A stretch of 32,000 nt of DNA. Origin: Granulosicoccaceae sp. 1_MG-2023 (GTDB lineage: Bacteria; Pseudomonadota; Gammaproteobacteria; Granulosicoccales; Granulosicoccaceae). The stretch is taken from the NCBI GenBank assembly GCA_030546905.1, contig JAUOPI010000027.1, positions 1,677-33,676 on the forward strand, given 5' to 3'. The first letter of the stretch is position 1. Each line of letters starts with the position of its first letter. Positions 15,091 to 23,741 of the stretch are shown in pieces. Under the pieces are notes generated by a model. The model saw only the letters and a program-made list of their open reading frames with translations, made no database searches and was not told the DNA's origin. Position numbers and translations under genes: made by a program.

Positions 15091-16565
15091 CGTCGCCGCC
15101 CAGCTTGCTCGCTGCAATACAGGCTCAGGCCCGGGCGCAGCCGCACAAAGTGGCCATGTGTTGTGCCGGCCGTTCACTCAGCTATGCGGACTTGTACCGG
15201 CGTATCGCCATGCTGCACGGGCATTTGCAGCTCGCATTGCCGCCGCGCTCGCCGGTGGCGCTGTGTTCGCGTGATCCCTTGTGGCTCAGCAGCGTGTTTC
15301 TGGCCCTCGGTGCCGGCAATCACAATGCGTTGATTTTCAACCCCGCGTGGCCGCAGGCGATGCAGCGGGCTGCCTGGCAGCGTCTGCAGCCGGCGCTGTG
15401 GCTGGGCGATGAGTTGCCAGCCTGGGCGCATGGCCATACACGTCATTCATTGGAGCCGGCCCCGGACGGGCATGGCGGCGCACTTGTCAAACTGCAGGAG
15501 GCGGTGGCCCGGCGCGATACCGGGGCCTTGTTCTATACCGGCTTCACTTCCGGCTCGTCGGGTGTGCCGAAGGGCTTTTCGCGGCATGAACGCAGCTGGC
15601 TGGCCAGTTTCGCTGCCGATCAGCGGATCTTCGGCTTCAGCGCCGGTCAGGTGTTTTATTGTCCGGGCAGTCTGGCTCATTCGCTGTTTCTGTATGCGGT
15701 GATGCGCGCGCTCTATGCCGGTGCCACGGTGCAGATCAGCGATGAGTTCCGGCCGGCCCGGTGTCTGGCGCAGCTGCGCGCCTCGGCCGATGTATTGTTT
15801 GCCGTACCCACCCAGTTGCAGGCCCTGGCCGGGGCGGCACGTGAGCCCGTGCCGGGCTTGCGAAAAATCCTTTCATCCGGCGCCAAGCTGCACAGCGGTG
15901 CATTAGCCGCCATCAACAAGGCGTTTCCGCAGGCGCAGGTCTGCGAGTTCTACGGCAGCTCGGAGCTCAGCTATATCTCGGTCGCCGGCCCGGGGGCACC
16001 GCGCGGCTCGGTGGGTAAGCCTTTGCCGGGCGTGCGCGTGTCCGTCTGCAACAGCCGGGGAGAAGCATTGCCGGCCGGGGAAAAAGGCCTGATCTATGTG
16101 GACAGTGAGCTGGTTTTTGAAGGCTACGCCGGACCGCAGGGCGGCACTCATCGCGAGGCTTTAGCCGTCTGTCAGGCGGGGATTTCCTGCCGTGATATCG
16201 GCTATCTGGATACGCAGGGGAATCTGTTTATTACCGGGCGTGCCGATCGCATGATGCTGGTTGCAGGGCGCAATGTGTATCCGGAAGAAATCGAACAAAT
16301 ACTACAAGCCCATCCGGACGTGCATCAGGTTGCGGTTTTGCCGCAGGCCGATCAATTGCGTGAAACCCGGCCTGTGGCTCTGCTCAATACAAGTCCGGAT
16401 GTTTGCCGGAAAACCCTGTTGGCCTATTGCCGCCAACACCTGCCTGCGTGGTCGGTGCCGACCATGTATTACCGTGTCCGGCATTGGCCGCTGACGGTTT
16501 CGGCCAAGACCGATTTTCCGGCCCTGCAGGCTTTGCTGGCGCAGGGCAGGCTGGAGCCCTTATGA
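15087..16565 (+). CDS. AMP-dependent synthetase/ligase (acyl-CoA synthetase family)
   Basis: The track ORF is 14826..16565. GTG 15087 overlaps the DUF1284 stop (GTGA). Motifs: YTGFTSGSSGVPKGF (AMP-binding core), EFYGSSELS, GYLDTQGNLFITGRADRMMLVAGRNVYPEEIE, SAKTD. Confidence 0.85.
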   Translation: MTSPPSLLAAIQAQARAQPHKVAMCCAGRSLSYADLYRRIAMLHGHLQLALPPRSPVALCSRDPLWLSSVFLALGAGNHNALIFNPAWPQAMQRAAWQRLQPALWLGDELPAWAHGHTRHSLEPAPDGHGGALVKLQEAVARRDTGALFYTGFTSGSSGVPKGFSRHERSWLASFAADQRIFGFSAGQVFYCPGSLAHSLFLYAVMRALYAGATVQISDEFRPARCLAQLRASADVLFAVPTQLQALAGAAREPVPGLRKILSSGAKLHSGALAAINKAFPQAQVCEFYGSSELSYISVAGPGAPRGSVGKPLPGVRVSVCNSRGEALPAGEKGLIYVDSELVFEGYAGPQGGTHREALAVCQAGISCRDIGYLDTQGNLFITGRADRMMLVAGRNVYPEEIEQILQAHPDVHQVAVLPQADQLRETRPVALLNTSPDVCRKTLLAYCRQHLPAWSVPTMYYRVRHWPLTVSAKTDFPALQALLAQGRLEPL

Positions 16566-17698
16566 ACCCCTGTTATATCGCGGCAGCGCGGCGTACGGCG
16601 GTCGTTCCGGCCGGCGGCGCTTTTTCCCTGTGCGAGGTTTATGATCTGGGCGCCACGGTGATCAAAGCCTTGCTCAGCGAGCTGGCACTGGAGGCTGAGC
16701 AGGTCGATCTGGTGATCGCCGGCAATGCGCTTTACGGCGGCGGAAACCCGGCGCGGATGGCGGCATTGGCGGCCGGCTTGCCGGTTTCCTGTCCGGCCAT
16801 GACACTCGACACCCAGTGTGCCGGTGGGCTGGATGCCTTGCATATGGGGCGGGCGCTGATCGGATCGGGGCAGGCCCGGGTGGTGATTGCCGGCGGTCTG
16901 GAGAGCTGTTCACTGGCGCCGCGCCGACAGCACCGGCCGCGTTCACCGGCGCAGGCGCCGCAGTTTTATACGCGGCCGGCATTTTCGCCGGATGCGGCCG
17001 ATGATCCGGACCCGGCTGTGGCGGCGCACGCTGTGGCGAAAGCCTATGCGCTGAGCCGTGCGGATCAGGCGCGTTTTGCCTGCGACAGCCACCGCAAGGC
17101 GCGCGCCGCGCAAGCGCGTCTGCGTGCAGAGATCGTCAGCTTCAACGGCGTCAGCGACGATGCGTTTACGCGTGTTCTCAGCGAGATGCTTTGCGCCAGG
17201 GCACCGCTGCTGGCCGGCGAGGATGAGTTTGCGATCAGCAGCGCCTGCACGGCAGTCAGCGCTGATGCGGCGGCATTTGTGGTGTTGATGTCGGAGGCGG
17301 CGCTGGCGCGTGTCTCGTCTGATGCAAGCCCGGTTCGCATCGCGGGAACTGCGCAGGCGGCTGTGCGCAATGCTGCAATGCCTTTGGCGCCGGTGACGGC
17401 GAGCCGCGCTGTGCTGGAACAAGCCGGACTTGCAATAACTGATATGGCTGTGGCCGAAGTGATGGAAGCGTATGCTGCGCAGGCCATGGCCTGTATCCGC
17501 GATACGGGACTGCCGCCGGCGCAGCTTAACCGCGGCGGCGGAGCGTTGGCACGCGGTCACCCGATCGGCGCTTCCGGGGCGGTCAATGCGGTGCGATTGT
17601 TTCATGAGCTGCAAACCGAAGCGCCCGCCAGCTATGGCTTGGCGACGATTGCCGCGGCCGGCGGGTTGGGCTCGGCTCTGATCGGGCAGCGGCAATGA
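16562..17698 (+). CDS. Thiolase-family protein with a partly degenerate catalytic set
   Basis: The track ORF is 16403..17698. ATG 16562 overlaps the ligase stop (ATGA). Motifs: LDTQCAGGLDAL (nucleophile Cys region), VIAGGLESCS, GGGALARGHPIGASG. However, VMEAYAAQ replaces NEAFAAQ, and IAAAGGLG replaces C-I-G-G-G-Q-G. Confidence 0.85.
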   Translation: MNPCYIAAARRTAVVPAGGAFSLCEVYDLGATVIKALLSELALEAEQVDLVIAGNALYGGGNPARMAALAAGLPVSCPAMTLDTQCAGGLDALHMGRALIGSGQARVVIAGGLESCSLAPRRQHRPRSPAQAPQFYTRPAFSPDAADDPDPAVAAHAVAKAYALSRADQARFACDSHRKARAAQARLRAEIVSFNGVSDDAFTRVLSEMLCARAPLLAGEDEFAISSACTAVSADAAAFVVLMSEAALARVSSDASPVRIAGTAQAAVRNAAMPLAPVTASRAVLEQAGLAITDMAVAEVMEAYAAQAMACIRDTGLPPAQLNRGGGALARGHPIGASGAVNAVRLFHELQTEAPASYGLATIAAAGGLGSALIGQRQ

Positions 17699-18120
17699 TC
17701 TGTCTGTCTGAGGCCGACGCGCTCGCTTCGCTGCTGGGGCGCGACTTGCATTGTCCGAAGCCGCTTTGCGCCAGCCACGCTGCGCTGAGCGCTTTTCTGG
17801 CTGTATCGCAGGACCGCCAGCCAATTCATGATCCCGCAGGTGAAGCGCTGGTACCGGCCAATCTGTTGCTGAGTTTGCTGCCTTGTGTCTTGCAGAGTGC
17901 GCTGCAGGTCGGCGGCCACAGCGCCTGCTACACCGTCGGCTATGACCGGATACGGTTTCGCCGTCCGGTGCGGGCAGGGCAGGTGTTGCAGGTCCGCTTC
18001 AGTGTGCAGCAGGTCAGGCGCCGCGCCGGGGGCGTTTATGCAAGCCTGGATATAGCGATTTACGATGAACAGGGGCGCGACACGCTGACGCTGCGCCAGC
18101 GTGATTACTACCTCGACTGA
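17695..18120 (+). CDS. MaoC-like (R-specific enoyl-CoA hydratase-type) hotdog-fold protein
   Basis: The ATG overlaps the thiolase stop (ATGA). VSQDRQPIHDP follows the hydratase-2 motif S-G-D-x-N-P-I-H, with Asp and His retained. The C-terminal hotdog beta-sheet pattern is RFRRPVRAGQVLQVRFSV. Confidence 0.72.
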   Translation: MICLSEADALASLLGRDLHCPKPLCASHAALSAFLAVSQDRQPIHDPAGEALVPANLLLSLLPCVLQSALQVGGHSACYTVGYDRIRFRRPVRAGQVLQVRFSVQQVRRRAGGVYASLDIAIYDEQGRDTLTLRQRDYYLD

Positions 18121-19539
18121 TTACAGCGCATAGCCGATGCGCAAAGCGCCCCAGTGGCGTCCGCGCACCAGAATCGGCGCTGACACATCCTTCATCAGGA
18201 CAAACTCGCCGCCGCCCATATCGCGGCGATAGGTCTGCAGCAGAAAGGGTTTGCGGTTTTGCGCCGCCGCCAGGCCGGTGCGGTCGTTAAACAGCCGGCG
18301 GTTGCGGCAATGGGCGTTGTTCCAGACCCGGTCGTGGCCGGGCGGGCGTGAGAACTTGCGGTTGTGGGTCGGCAGATAGCCGTTGCTGTCGACCGCCGCG
18401 CAGAAGGCGACCTTTGTATCCATCTCCAGAATGCTTTCCTGCACATCGGGGAACAGCCGGTCAGTCAGGTCGGTAAACGGGGCCAGGTATTGCTGCGGAT
18501 CGGTGCCGGCAATTGGCCGGTACTGATGGCTGAACAAGGCCTCGGCGCCGATCATGCCTTTGTCCAGCGCCTGTTCAAGGCGGGCTGCCAAGGCGCCGGC
18601 GCCGTCCACGACTGCCTCGATAAACGGACTGTCGGATGTGCGCCGGCCGGAACCGGCCACCAGCCCGATCATGTTTTCGGTCTCATCGAGCAAGCGCCGG
18701 ATACGCGCTTCGGCCTGGGCCAGATTGTCCACGGTCTGGCCCAGGCCGCCGACCATGGTCCCCAGTTCGCTGTTGATCTGTGCACACTGGCGGCGCGAAT
18801 CGGCTGCAGCACCGGAGATATCATCGACCTGTTGATTGATGTGTTCGATGGAGTTGTTGAACATATCCACGGTGGTGCTGATCACCGCCACGCCGCGGGT
18901 GGTTTCCTCGGCCAGATTGACCGAAGTATCGGTGGCGCTTTTGAGGGTTTGCAGACTGCCGCTCAGGTCGTCGATGGCCGAATCGATTTTGCCGGTGGCT
19001 TCGCCGGTGGCCATGGCGAGGCTTTTCACTTCACCGGCGACCACCGAAAAACCGCGTCCGGCCTCGCCGGCACGGGCCGCCTCGATGGTGGCGTTCAGGG
19101 CCAGCAGATTGGTCTGCATGGCGATGCCCTCGATATTGGAGGACATGGTGGTGACCTGGCCGAGGTTGCCTTCAATTGAGCCGAGCTTCTCGCCGACCAG
19201 CGACACCGAGCTGGTCAGCTGGCCGATACGCTCGATGGCGCTATCGATGGTGCTGGCCGATTCCAGTGCGCGGCCGGCCACATCGGCGGTGGTTTCCCGG
19301 GTGCTGCTGCCGGCGCGGTCAATCTGTTCGACGGCCGAGGCCAGTGATTGGATATAGGCGGCCAGATTATCGAAAGCCGATTTCTGCTCACGGACGTAAT
19401 TGACGATGACTTCCAGGTTGCCCATGACATCGGCCATTTCCAATCCGAGCATTTCCACCCGATGCAATATGTCGTCGGCAAAGCCGTCGATAGAGTCCTG
19501 ATGTTCCTGCTGAGCCGCAATCTGTCGCTGTGCGTTCAT
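18121..19539 (-). CDS. Soluble methyl-accepting chemotaxis protein with a C-terminal Cache/PAS-like sensor domain
   Basis: The track ORF is 18121..19641. I prefer ATG 19539 (AGGA 7 nt upstream); the alternative is 19554. [34 protein letters not shown] is the MCP hairpin tip. I see no TM segment. The C-terminal 150 aa ([48 protein letters not shown]) look Cache-like. Confidence 0.82.
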   Translation of the reverse strand: MNAQRQIAAQQEHQDSIDGFADDILHRVEMLGLEMADVMGNLEVIVNYVREQKSAFDNLAAYIQSLASAVEQIDRAGSSTRETTADVAGRALESASTIDSAIERIGQLTSSVSLVGEKLGSIEGNLGQVTTMSSNIEGIAMQTNLLALNATIEAARAGEAGRGFSVVAGEVKSLAMATGEATGKIDSAIDDLSGSLQTLKSATDTSVNLAEETTRGVAVISTTVDMFNNSIEHINQQVDDISGAAADSRRQCAQINSELGTMVGGLGQTVDNLAQAEARIRRLLDETENMIGLVAGSGRRTSDSPFIEAVVDGAGALAARLEQALDKGMIGAEALFSHQYRPIAGTDPQQYLAPFTDLTDRLFPDVQESILEMDTKVAFCAAVDSNGYLPTHNRKFSRPPGHDRVWNNAHCRNRRLFNDRTGLAAAQNRKPFLLQTYRRDMGGGEFVLMKDVSAPILVRGRHWGALRIGYAL

Positions 19540-19708
19540 TGACGATCCTGTCATATGGCCGGCGCAATCCCTGACCGGCGGTAAACTCACCACAGTCTGT
19601 GGTAGATAAAAATACAAACGGCCGTGTCGCTTGTGTGACACATGTGACGCCGTATCTTGTCACGTTTTGTATCGGAACTGCGTCACAAATCTGAAGCGCT
19701 GTTTGCCG

Positions 19709-19738
19709 CCGTCTTAGCGCCACGCGGCGCTAAGACGG
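19709..19738. repeat. Perfect 13-bp stem / 4-nt loop hairpin in a divergent intergenic region
   Basis: CCGTCTTAGCGCC acgc GGCGCTAAGACGG. No T-tract follows on either strand. Confidence 0.6.
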
Positions 19739-19867
19739 TCGCGATTCACAAAGCGCGCCTGTCATGCGGCGCCGGTCTGCGGGGTTGGTCGCGATTTTGC
19801 AGCGTAAAGGCTTCTACAAAGCCGTATGGCCGGCCGCCACGGAAGCGCGCTGGCCGGAGAGAGACAG

Positions 19868-20584
19868 ATGAAAAACACGACCCGACTGATTGCCGCGCTG
19901 CTGCTGGTGTTGCCGGCGCTGCCCTCGTACGCCAATGAAGGTAAGGCAGAAGGGCATGTGTCGATTCAAACCCGCGCCAATTACAGCGTGTCGACGGTGC
20001 CGGAGAATATGACGGTGGAGGAGAAAAAAGCGCGTTTTGCACAACTGTTGCTGCCGCCGCTGAAAAAAGTCCATGCCGAGCTTGAAGGCACCTATGAAAT
20101 CGTTCGCGGCAAAATCTCCCGCGGCGACCGGAAAGGCCTGGATAAGCTGAAAAAATACTATGAAGTTGAATCCGACGAAGCGCTGCTGGCGGCGCTGAAA
20201 CCGCATCCGGTCAGCATCGCCTTGGCGCAGGCGGCCATGGAGAGCGCCTGGGCGACGTCGCGCTTTATCCGTGAAGCCAATAATGCCTTTGGTATCTGGT
20301 CATTCAAATCCGACGAGCCGCGCATTGCCGCAGGTAAAACCCGTGGCAGCAAAACCATCTGGCTTAAGCGCTACGACTCGCTGGAAGAGTCGGTACGCGA
20401 TTTTTACAAGCTGATTGCCCGCTCGCCGGCCTTCCGTGAATTCCGCCAGTTGCGTCTGCAAACCGATGACCCGCACCAGCTGGTCACAAAACTTCACCGC
20501 TATTCCGAAAAGGGCAGTGATTACGGACGCTCCTTATCGGCGATTATCCGGCAGAACGATTTCACCGCTTTCGACGCCGGTTAG
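19868..20584 (+). CDS. Bax-like glucosaminidase-domain protein (secreted)
   Basis: The track ORF is 19826..20584. ATG 19868 follows GGAGAGAGA. The signal peptide is MKNTTRLIAALLLVLPALPSYA. ALAQAAMESAWATSRF..NNAFGIW is the glucosaminidase (FlgJ-C/Bax) motif. Confidence 0.8.
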   Translation: MKNTTRLIAALLLVLPALPSYANEGKAEGHVSIQTRANYSVSTVPENMTVEEKKARFAQLLLPPLKKVHAELEGTYEIVRGKISRGDRKGLDKLKKYYEVESDEALLAALKPHPVSIALAQAAMESAWATSRFIREANNAFGIWSFKSDEPRIAAGKTRGSKTIWLKRYDSLEESVRDFYKLIARSPAFREFRQLRLQTDDPHQLVTKLHRYSEKGSDYGRSLSAIIRQNDFTAFDAG

Positions 20585-20702
20585 GCCTGCGCGCCCGCCG
20601 CTGGCGGTAAAACGGTTTAGCGCAGCCGCTTGCGGCCGATAGGGTGGTAAAGCCTGCCTGCCCAAGGGCGGGCTCCGGAGCATCGCAAGCAGGTAGAAAG
20701 TT

Positions 20703-21221
20703 ATGGTCAAATCCGCGTCGTCGCTTTTATCCTTTCCCAAACTGCCCCTGGGGCCCAGACAAGAGGCCGTCAGCGGGCCGGTCGAACTGCGCACCCGCAG
20801 TTTCAGTATGAGATTGCCGCCGGGCTGGCAGATCCAGAGCCGTGAAGACGGCGCACGGGGCCATTCCGGCAAGCAGGACCGTTTGATTGTCGACCGCTAT
20901 GTGCTGCAGGCCAATGATAATGCCGGCTACCGCGCCGCCATTGAATCCTGCCGGCAGCTCTTGCACGAGAGCATGCTCGAAGCGGCCAATGATGCGCAGT
21001 ACGAGGATGACGGCGGCTTCGAAATTATTCATTTTGCCCCGGCTCTGGTGGTCGAGCGCCATCAGGCCCGTCAGCGCGACGGCAAGGGCTTTCTGTGCCA
21101 GTACAGCATCGTCTGCCGCGACTGCATGATCCGCATCCGTTACGAAGGCCCCGAAGACGTGCGCGCCCAGCAGAGTCAGCTCGAGGAAGCCATCCGCGGC
21201 ATCATCTGGCACGACGACTGA
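20703..21221 (+). CDS. Hypothetical protein
   Basis: A 172-aa ORF with genome-typical codon usage and no recognisable motif. The start is uncertain. Confidence 0.5.
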   Translation: MVKSASSLLSFPKLPLGPRQEAVSGPVELRTRSFSMRLPPGWQIQSREDGARGHSGKQDRLIVDRYVLQANDNAGYRAAIESCRQLLHESMLEAANDAQYEDDGGFEIIHFAPALVVERHQARQRDGKGFLCQYSIVCRDCMIRIRYEGPEDVRAQQSQLEEAIRGIIWHDD

Positions 21222-21259
21222 GTCGCGTCCGCGCTTGTCAGGCGCCCGTCGCTGCGGGC

Positions 21260-21727
21260 ATGCTTGGCGGCATGTTAAACCCTACCATTGCGTATGTGGG
21301 CAGTGAGACCGTATGGCCGCTGCGCCATGCGGTGTTCTTTGCCGGAAAGCGCCTGAGTGCGGCCCGTCTGCCGGCCGACAAGGAGGCGCTGCACCTCTGC
21401 GCCGTTCTGCCCGTTCCCGATACTGATCTGTCCGCCGCGGCCGGGGTGATTGCCGTCGCTTCGGTTTATCCGCAAGCACAGGCACCGGCCCGCCTGCGCT
21501 TTCTTGCCACGGACCCGCAATGGCGCCGTCAGGGCCTGGCCCTGCGACTGCTCGGTTTTTTGTTTGCCGATCCGCCGCCGGCGCTGCGCCACGGACTTGT
21601 GTTGCATGCCGAAAGCACACTGCGTCCGCTTTATGAACAAGCCGGACTGCACACCGACGGTGCTGCATACCGGCGCAGAAACCGCGACTATCTGGTGTTC
21701 CGCCGCGGGCCGGACTTGCCGGCCTGA
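21260..21727 (+). CDS. GNAT-family N-acetyltransferase
   Basis: The track ORF is 21095..21727. ATG 21260 (or 21272) avoids overlap with the upstream gene. LRFLATDPQWRRQGLALRLLGFL is the acetyl-CoA-binding motif A (R-x-x-G-x-A), and YEQAGL lies near the C-terminus. Confidence 0.7.
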   Translation: MLGGMLNPTIAYVGSETVWPLRHAVFFAGKRLSAARLPADKEALHLCAVLPVPDTDLSAAAGVIAVASVYPQAQAPARLRFLATDPQWRRQGLALRLLGFLFADPPPALRHGLVLHAESTLRPLYEQAGLHTDGAAYRRRNRDYLVFRRGPDLPA

Positions 21728-21785
21728 CATGCGGGCCCGGCTGCGTGCTTTGTATACTGGCCTGCAGACCCACAGGAGAACTGAG

Positions 21786-22910
21786 ATGCGCAGATTAGCC
21801 GTGTTGCTGGGCTTGAGCCTGGCCCTGGTGGACAGTGCCGCGGCGCAGGCTGCGGTATCGGCCGCTGCCGCCGACGACAGTCTGAAGGTCGAGATCCTCG
21901 CCGACCGGCTCGATCACCCCTGGGGCCTGGCCTTTTTGCCGGACGGGCGCATGTTGGTCAGCGAGCGCGGCGGTACGCTTTTGTTACTGAGCGCGGACGG
22001 GCGCAAACGCGAGACGGTCGCCGGCGTGCCGGCGGTGGCCAGCGGCGGGCAGGGCGGCTTGCTGGATGTGGCGGTGGACCCGGACTTTGCCGATAACCGC
22101 CGGGTCTTTCTCAGCTATGTCGGTGCGGACCGGGCGGGGCGTCGCGGTACCGAAGTATTGCGCGCTGAACTGAGCGGAAATGCGCTGACAGACAGCCGGG
22201 TGATCTTCCGGCTTGAGCCGAAAACCAACAGCACACGCCACTTCGGCTCGCGGCTGGTGTTCGGCCCGGATGAGACGCTGTTTATTACGCTCGGTGACCG
22301 TGGTGACAAAGATCGCGCGCAGGACCTGAACGACCACGCCGGCTCGCTTATCCGTATTAACACCGACGGCAGCGTGCCGGATGACAATCCCTTCGTGAAT
22401 CAGGCCGGGCGCCGGGCTGCGATCTTCAGCTACGGGCACCGCAATATCCAGGGCGCGGCCCTGCATCCGCAAAGCGGTCAATTGTGGCTGCACGAACACG
22501 GGCCGCAGGGCGGTGATGAGCTCAATATCGCCCGTGCCGGGCGCAATTACGGCTGGCCGGTGATTACGTACGGGGTCAACTACGGCATTGGCACGCAGAT
22601 CGGTGAAGGCACAGCGAAAGCCGGTATGGAGCAGCCTTTGTACTATTGGGTGCCGTCGATTGCGCCGTCGGGTATGACGTTTTACAGCGGCGATTTATTT
22701 CCCCGCTGGCGTGGCGATCTGTTTGTCGGATCGCTGAAGTTCCGCACCTTGGTGCGTCTGAGCCTGAACGGCACGCAGGTGATCGCCGAAGAGCGCCTGC
22801 TGAGTGAGCAACTCGGCCGTATCCGTGATGTGGTGCAGGGGCCTGACGGCGCGTTGTATGTGCTGACCGACGAAGCGCGCGGGGTGTTGGCGCGTTTGTC
22901 GCCGCAATAG
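21786..22910 (+). CDS. PQQ-dependent soluble sugar (aldose) dehydrogenase, YliI/Asd-like
   Basis: The track ORF is 21450..22910. ATG 21786 follows AGGAGA and is followed by a signal peptide. Motifs: HPWGLAFLPDGRMLVSERGG, GGLLDVAVDPDF, SYGHRNIQGAALHP, HEHGPQGGDELN, NYGWP. Confidence 0.9.
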   Translation: MRRLAVLLGLSLALVDSAAAQAAVSAAAADDSLKVEILADRLDHPWGLAFLPDGRMLVSERGGTLLLLSADGRKRETVAGVPAVASGGQGGLLDVAVDPDFADNRRVFLSYVGADRAGRRGTEVLRAELSGNALTDSRVIFRLEPKTNSTRHFGSRLVFGPDETLFITLGDRGDKDRAQDLNDHAGSLIRINTDGSVPDDNPFVNQAGRRAAIFSYGHRNIQGAALHPQSGQLWLHEHGPQGGDELNIARAGRNYGWPVITYGVNYGIGTQIGEGTAKAGMEQPLYYWVPSIAPSGMTFYSGDLFPRWRGDLFVGSLKFRTLVRLSLNGTQVIAEERLLSEQLGRIRDVVQGPDGALYVLTDEARGVLARLSPQ

Positions 22911-22914
22911 GGAA

Positions 22915-23490
22915 TCAGGCGTGGCAGCCGGGCGCAAGGACGCTGACGGTGTTGCGCAGCAACTCGCGCTCCAGAGCTTCGAGCTGTTCGCGCAGATCGC
23001 TCAGAAAGGGATTGAGCTGCAGGGCCCGTCGCCAGTCAGCGGCCGCATCAAAAGGCTGCCCCAGAGCCAGACGGATCATCCCGCGACCGCCGATGGCGCC
23101 GAAATGGCGCGGTTCCAATGCCAGGGTCTTTTCCACCTGACGGGCGCTGGCCGGCAGATTACCGAGGCGGAAATTCACCGTGGCAAGCTTGTTCCAGCCT
23201 TCGGCAAAACCCGGCGCCAGTCCGGTCACGCGGCTGAAGCGGTCCAGCGCCACGGCCAGACGGTTCTGTGCCAGGGCGCTTATGCCCTGATCCATCAGTG
23301 CATTGACCCGCGGGTCAGGGTTGGCCTGCCAGAGCTGCAGGATCTGCCCGGTCAGCTGCGCTGCCTGAGCGGTATCGGTGCTGGTCTGCAGGGCGGCAAA
23401 CAGCCCGTCCAGACGCGGGTCTGACTGATCCGCCGCTGCGGGCAGACCGAACATCAGCAGCAGGGCGAGCAGACAGGGTGCAGGTTTCAT
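22915..23490 (-). CDS. Secreted tetratricopeptide-repeat protein
   Basis: The track ORF is 22915..23550. ATG 23490 gives the signal peptide MKPAPCLLALLLMFGLPAAA. TPR-like helices include FAEGWNKLATVNFRLGNL..ARQVEKTLALEPRHFGA. Confidence 0.72.
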   Translation of the reverse strand: MKPAPCLLALLLMFGLPAAADQSDPRLDGLFAALQTSTDTAQAAQLTGQILQLWQANPDPRVNALMDQGISALAQNRLAVALDRFSRVTGLAPGFAEGWNKLATVNFRLGNLPASARQVEKTLALEPRHFGAIGGRGMIRLALGQPFDAAADWRRALQLNPFLSDLREQLEALERELLRNTVSVLAPGCHA

Positions 23491-23630
23491 GGCAGAACCT
23501 CCGCATAAGCGAGCGCCTCTCCATCCTAGCGCGCCGGGCCGGGCAACCAAAGCGCTATTGTCAGCCGGGCGTTCCGGCCCGGCGGGTTTTGCCAGCGCTG
23601 CCGGGCCTGTGTCACCATACTGTTTGCCTG

Positions 23631-23668
23631 CCGCTCAGGGCTGCGGGCAGTGGCTGCGCCCTGAGCGG
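23631..23668. repeat. Perfect 11-bp inverted repeat (16-nt spacer) upstream of chaC
   Basis: CCGCTCAGGGC (23631-41) ... GCCCTGAGCGG (23658-68). A second hairpin, GCCGGGC gttccg GCCCGGC plus GGGTTTT, lies at 23564-23590. Confidence 0.5.
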
Positions 23669-23741
23669 CTGCAACAGGAAACCACGGATCCGGCCGTCGT
23701 CGCCTTGGCGCCGGAACCGGCGATTAACAGAGTGACAAGCT

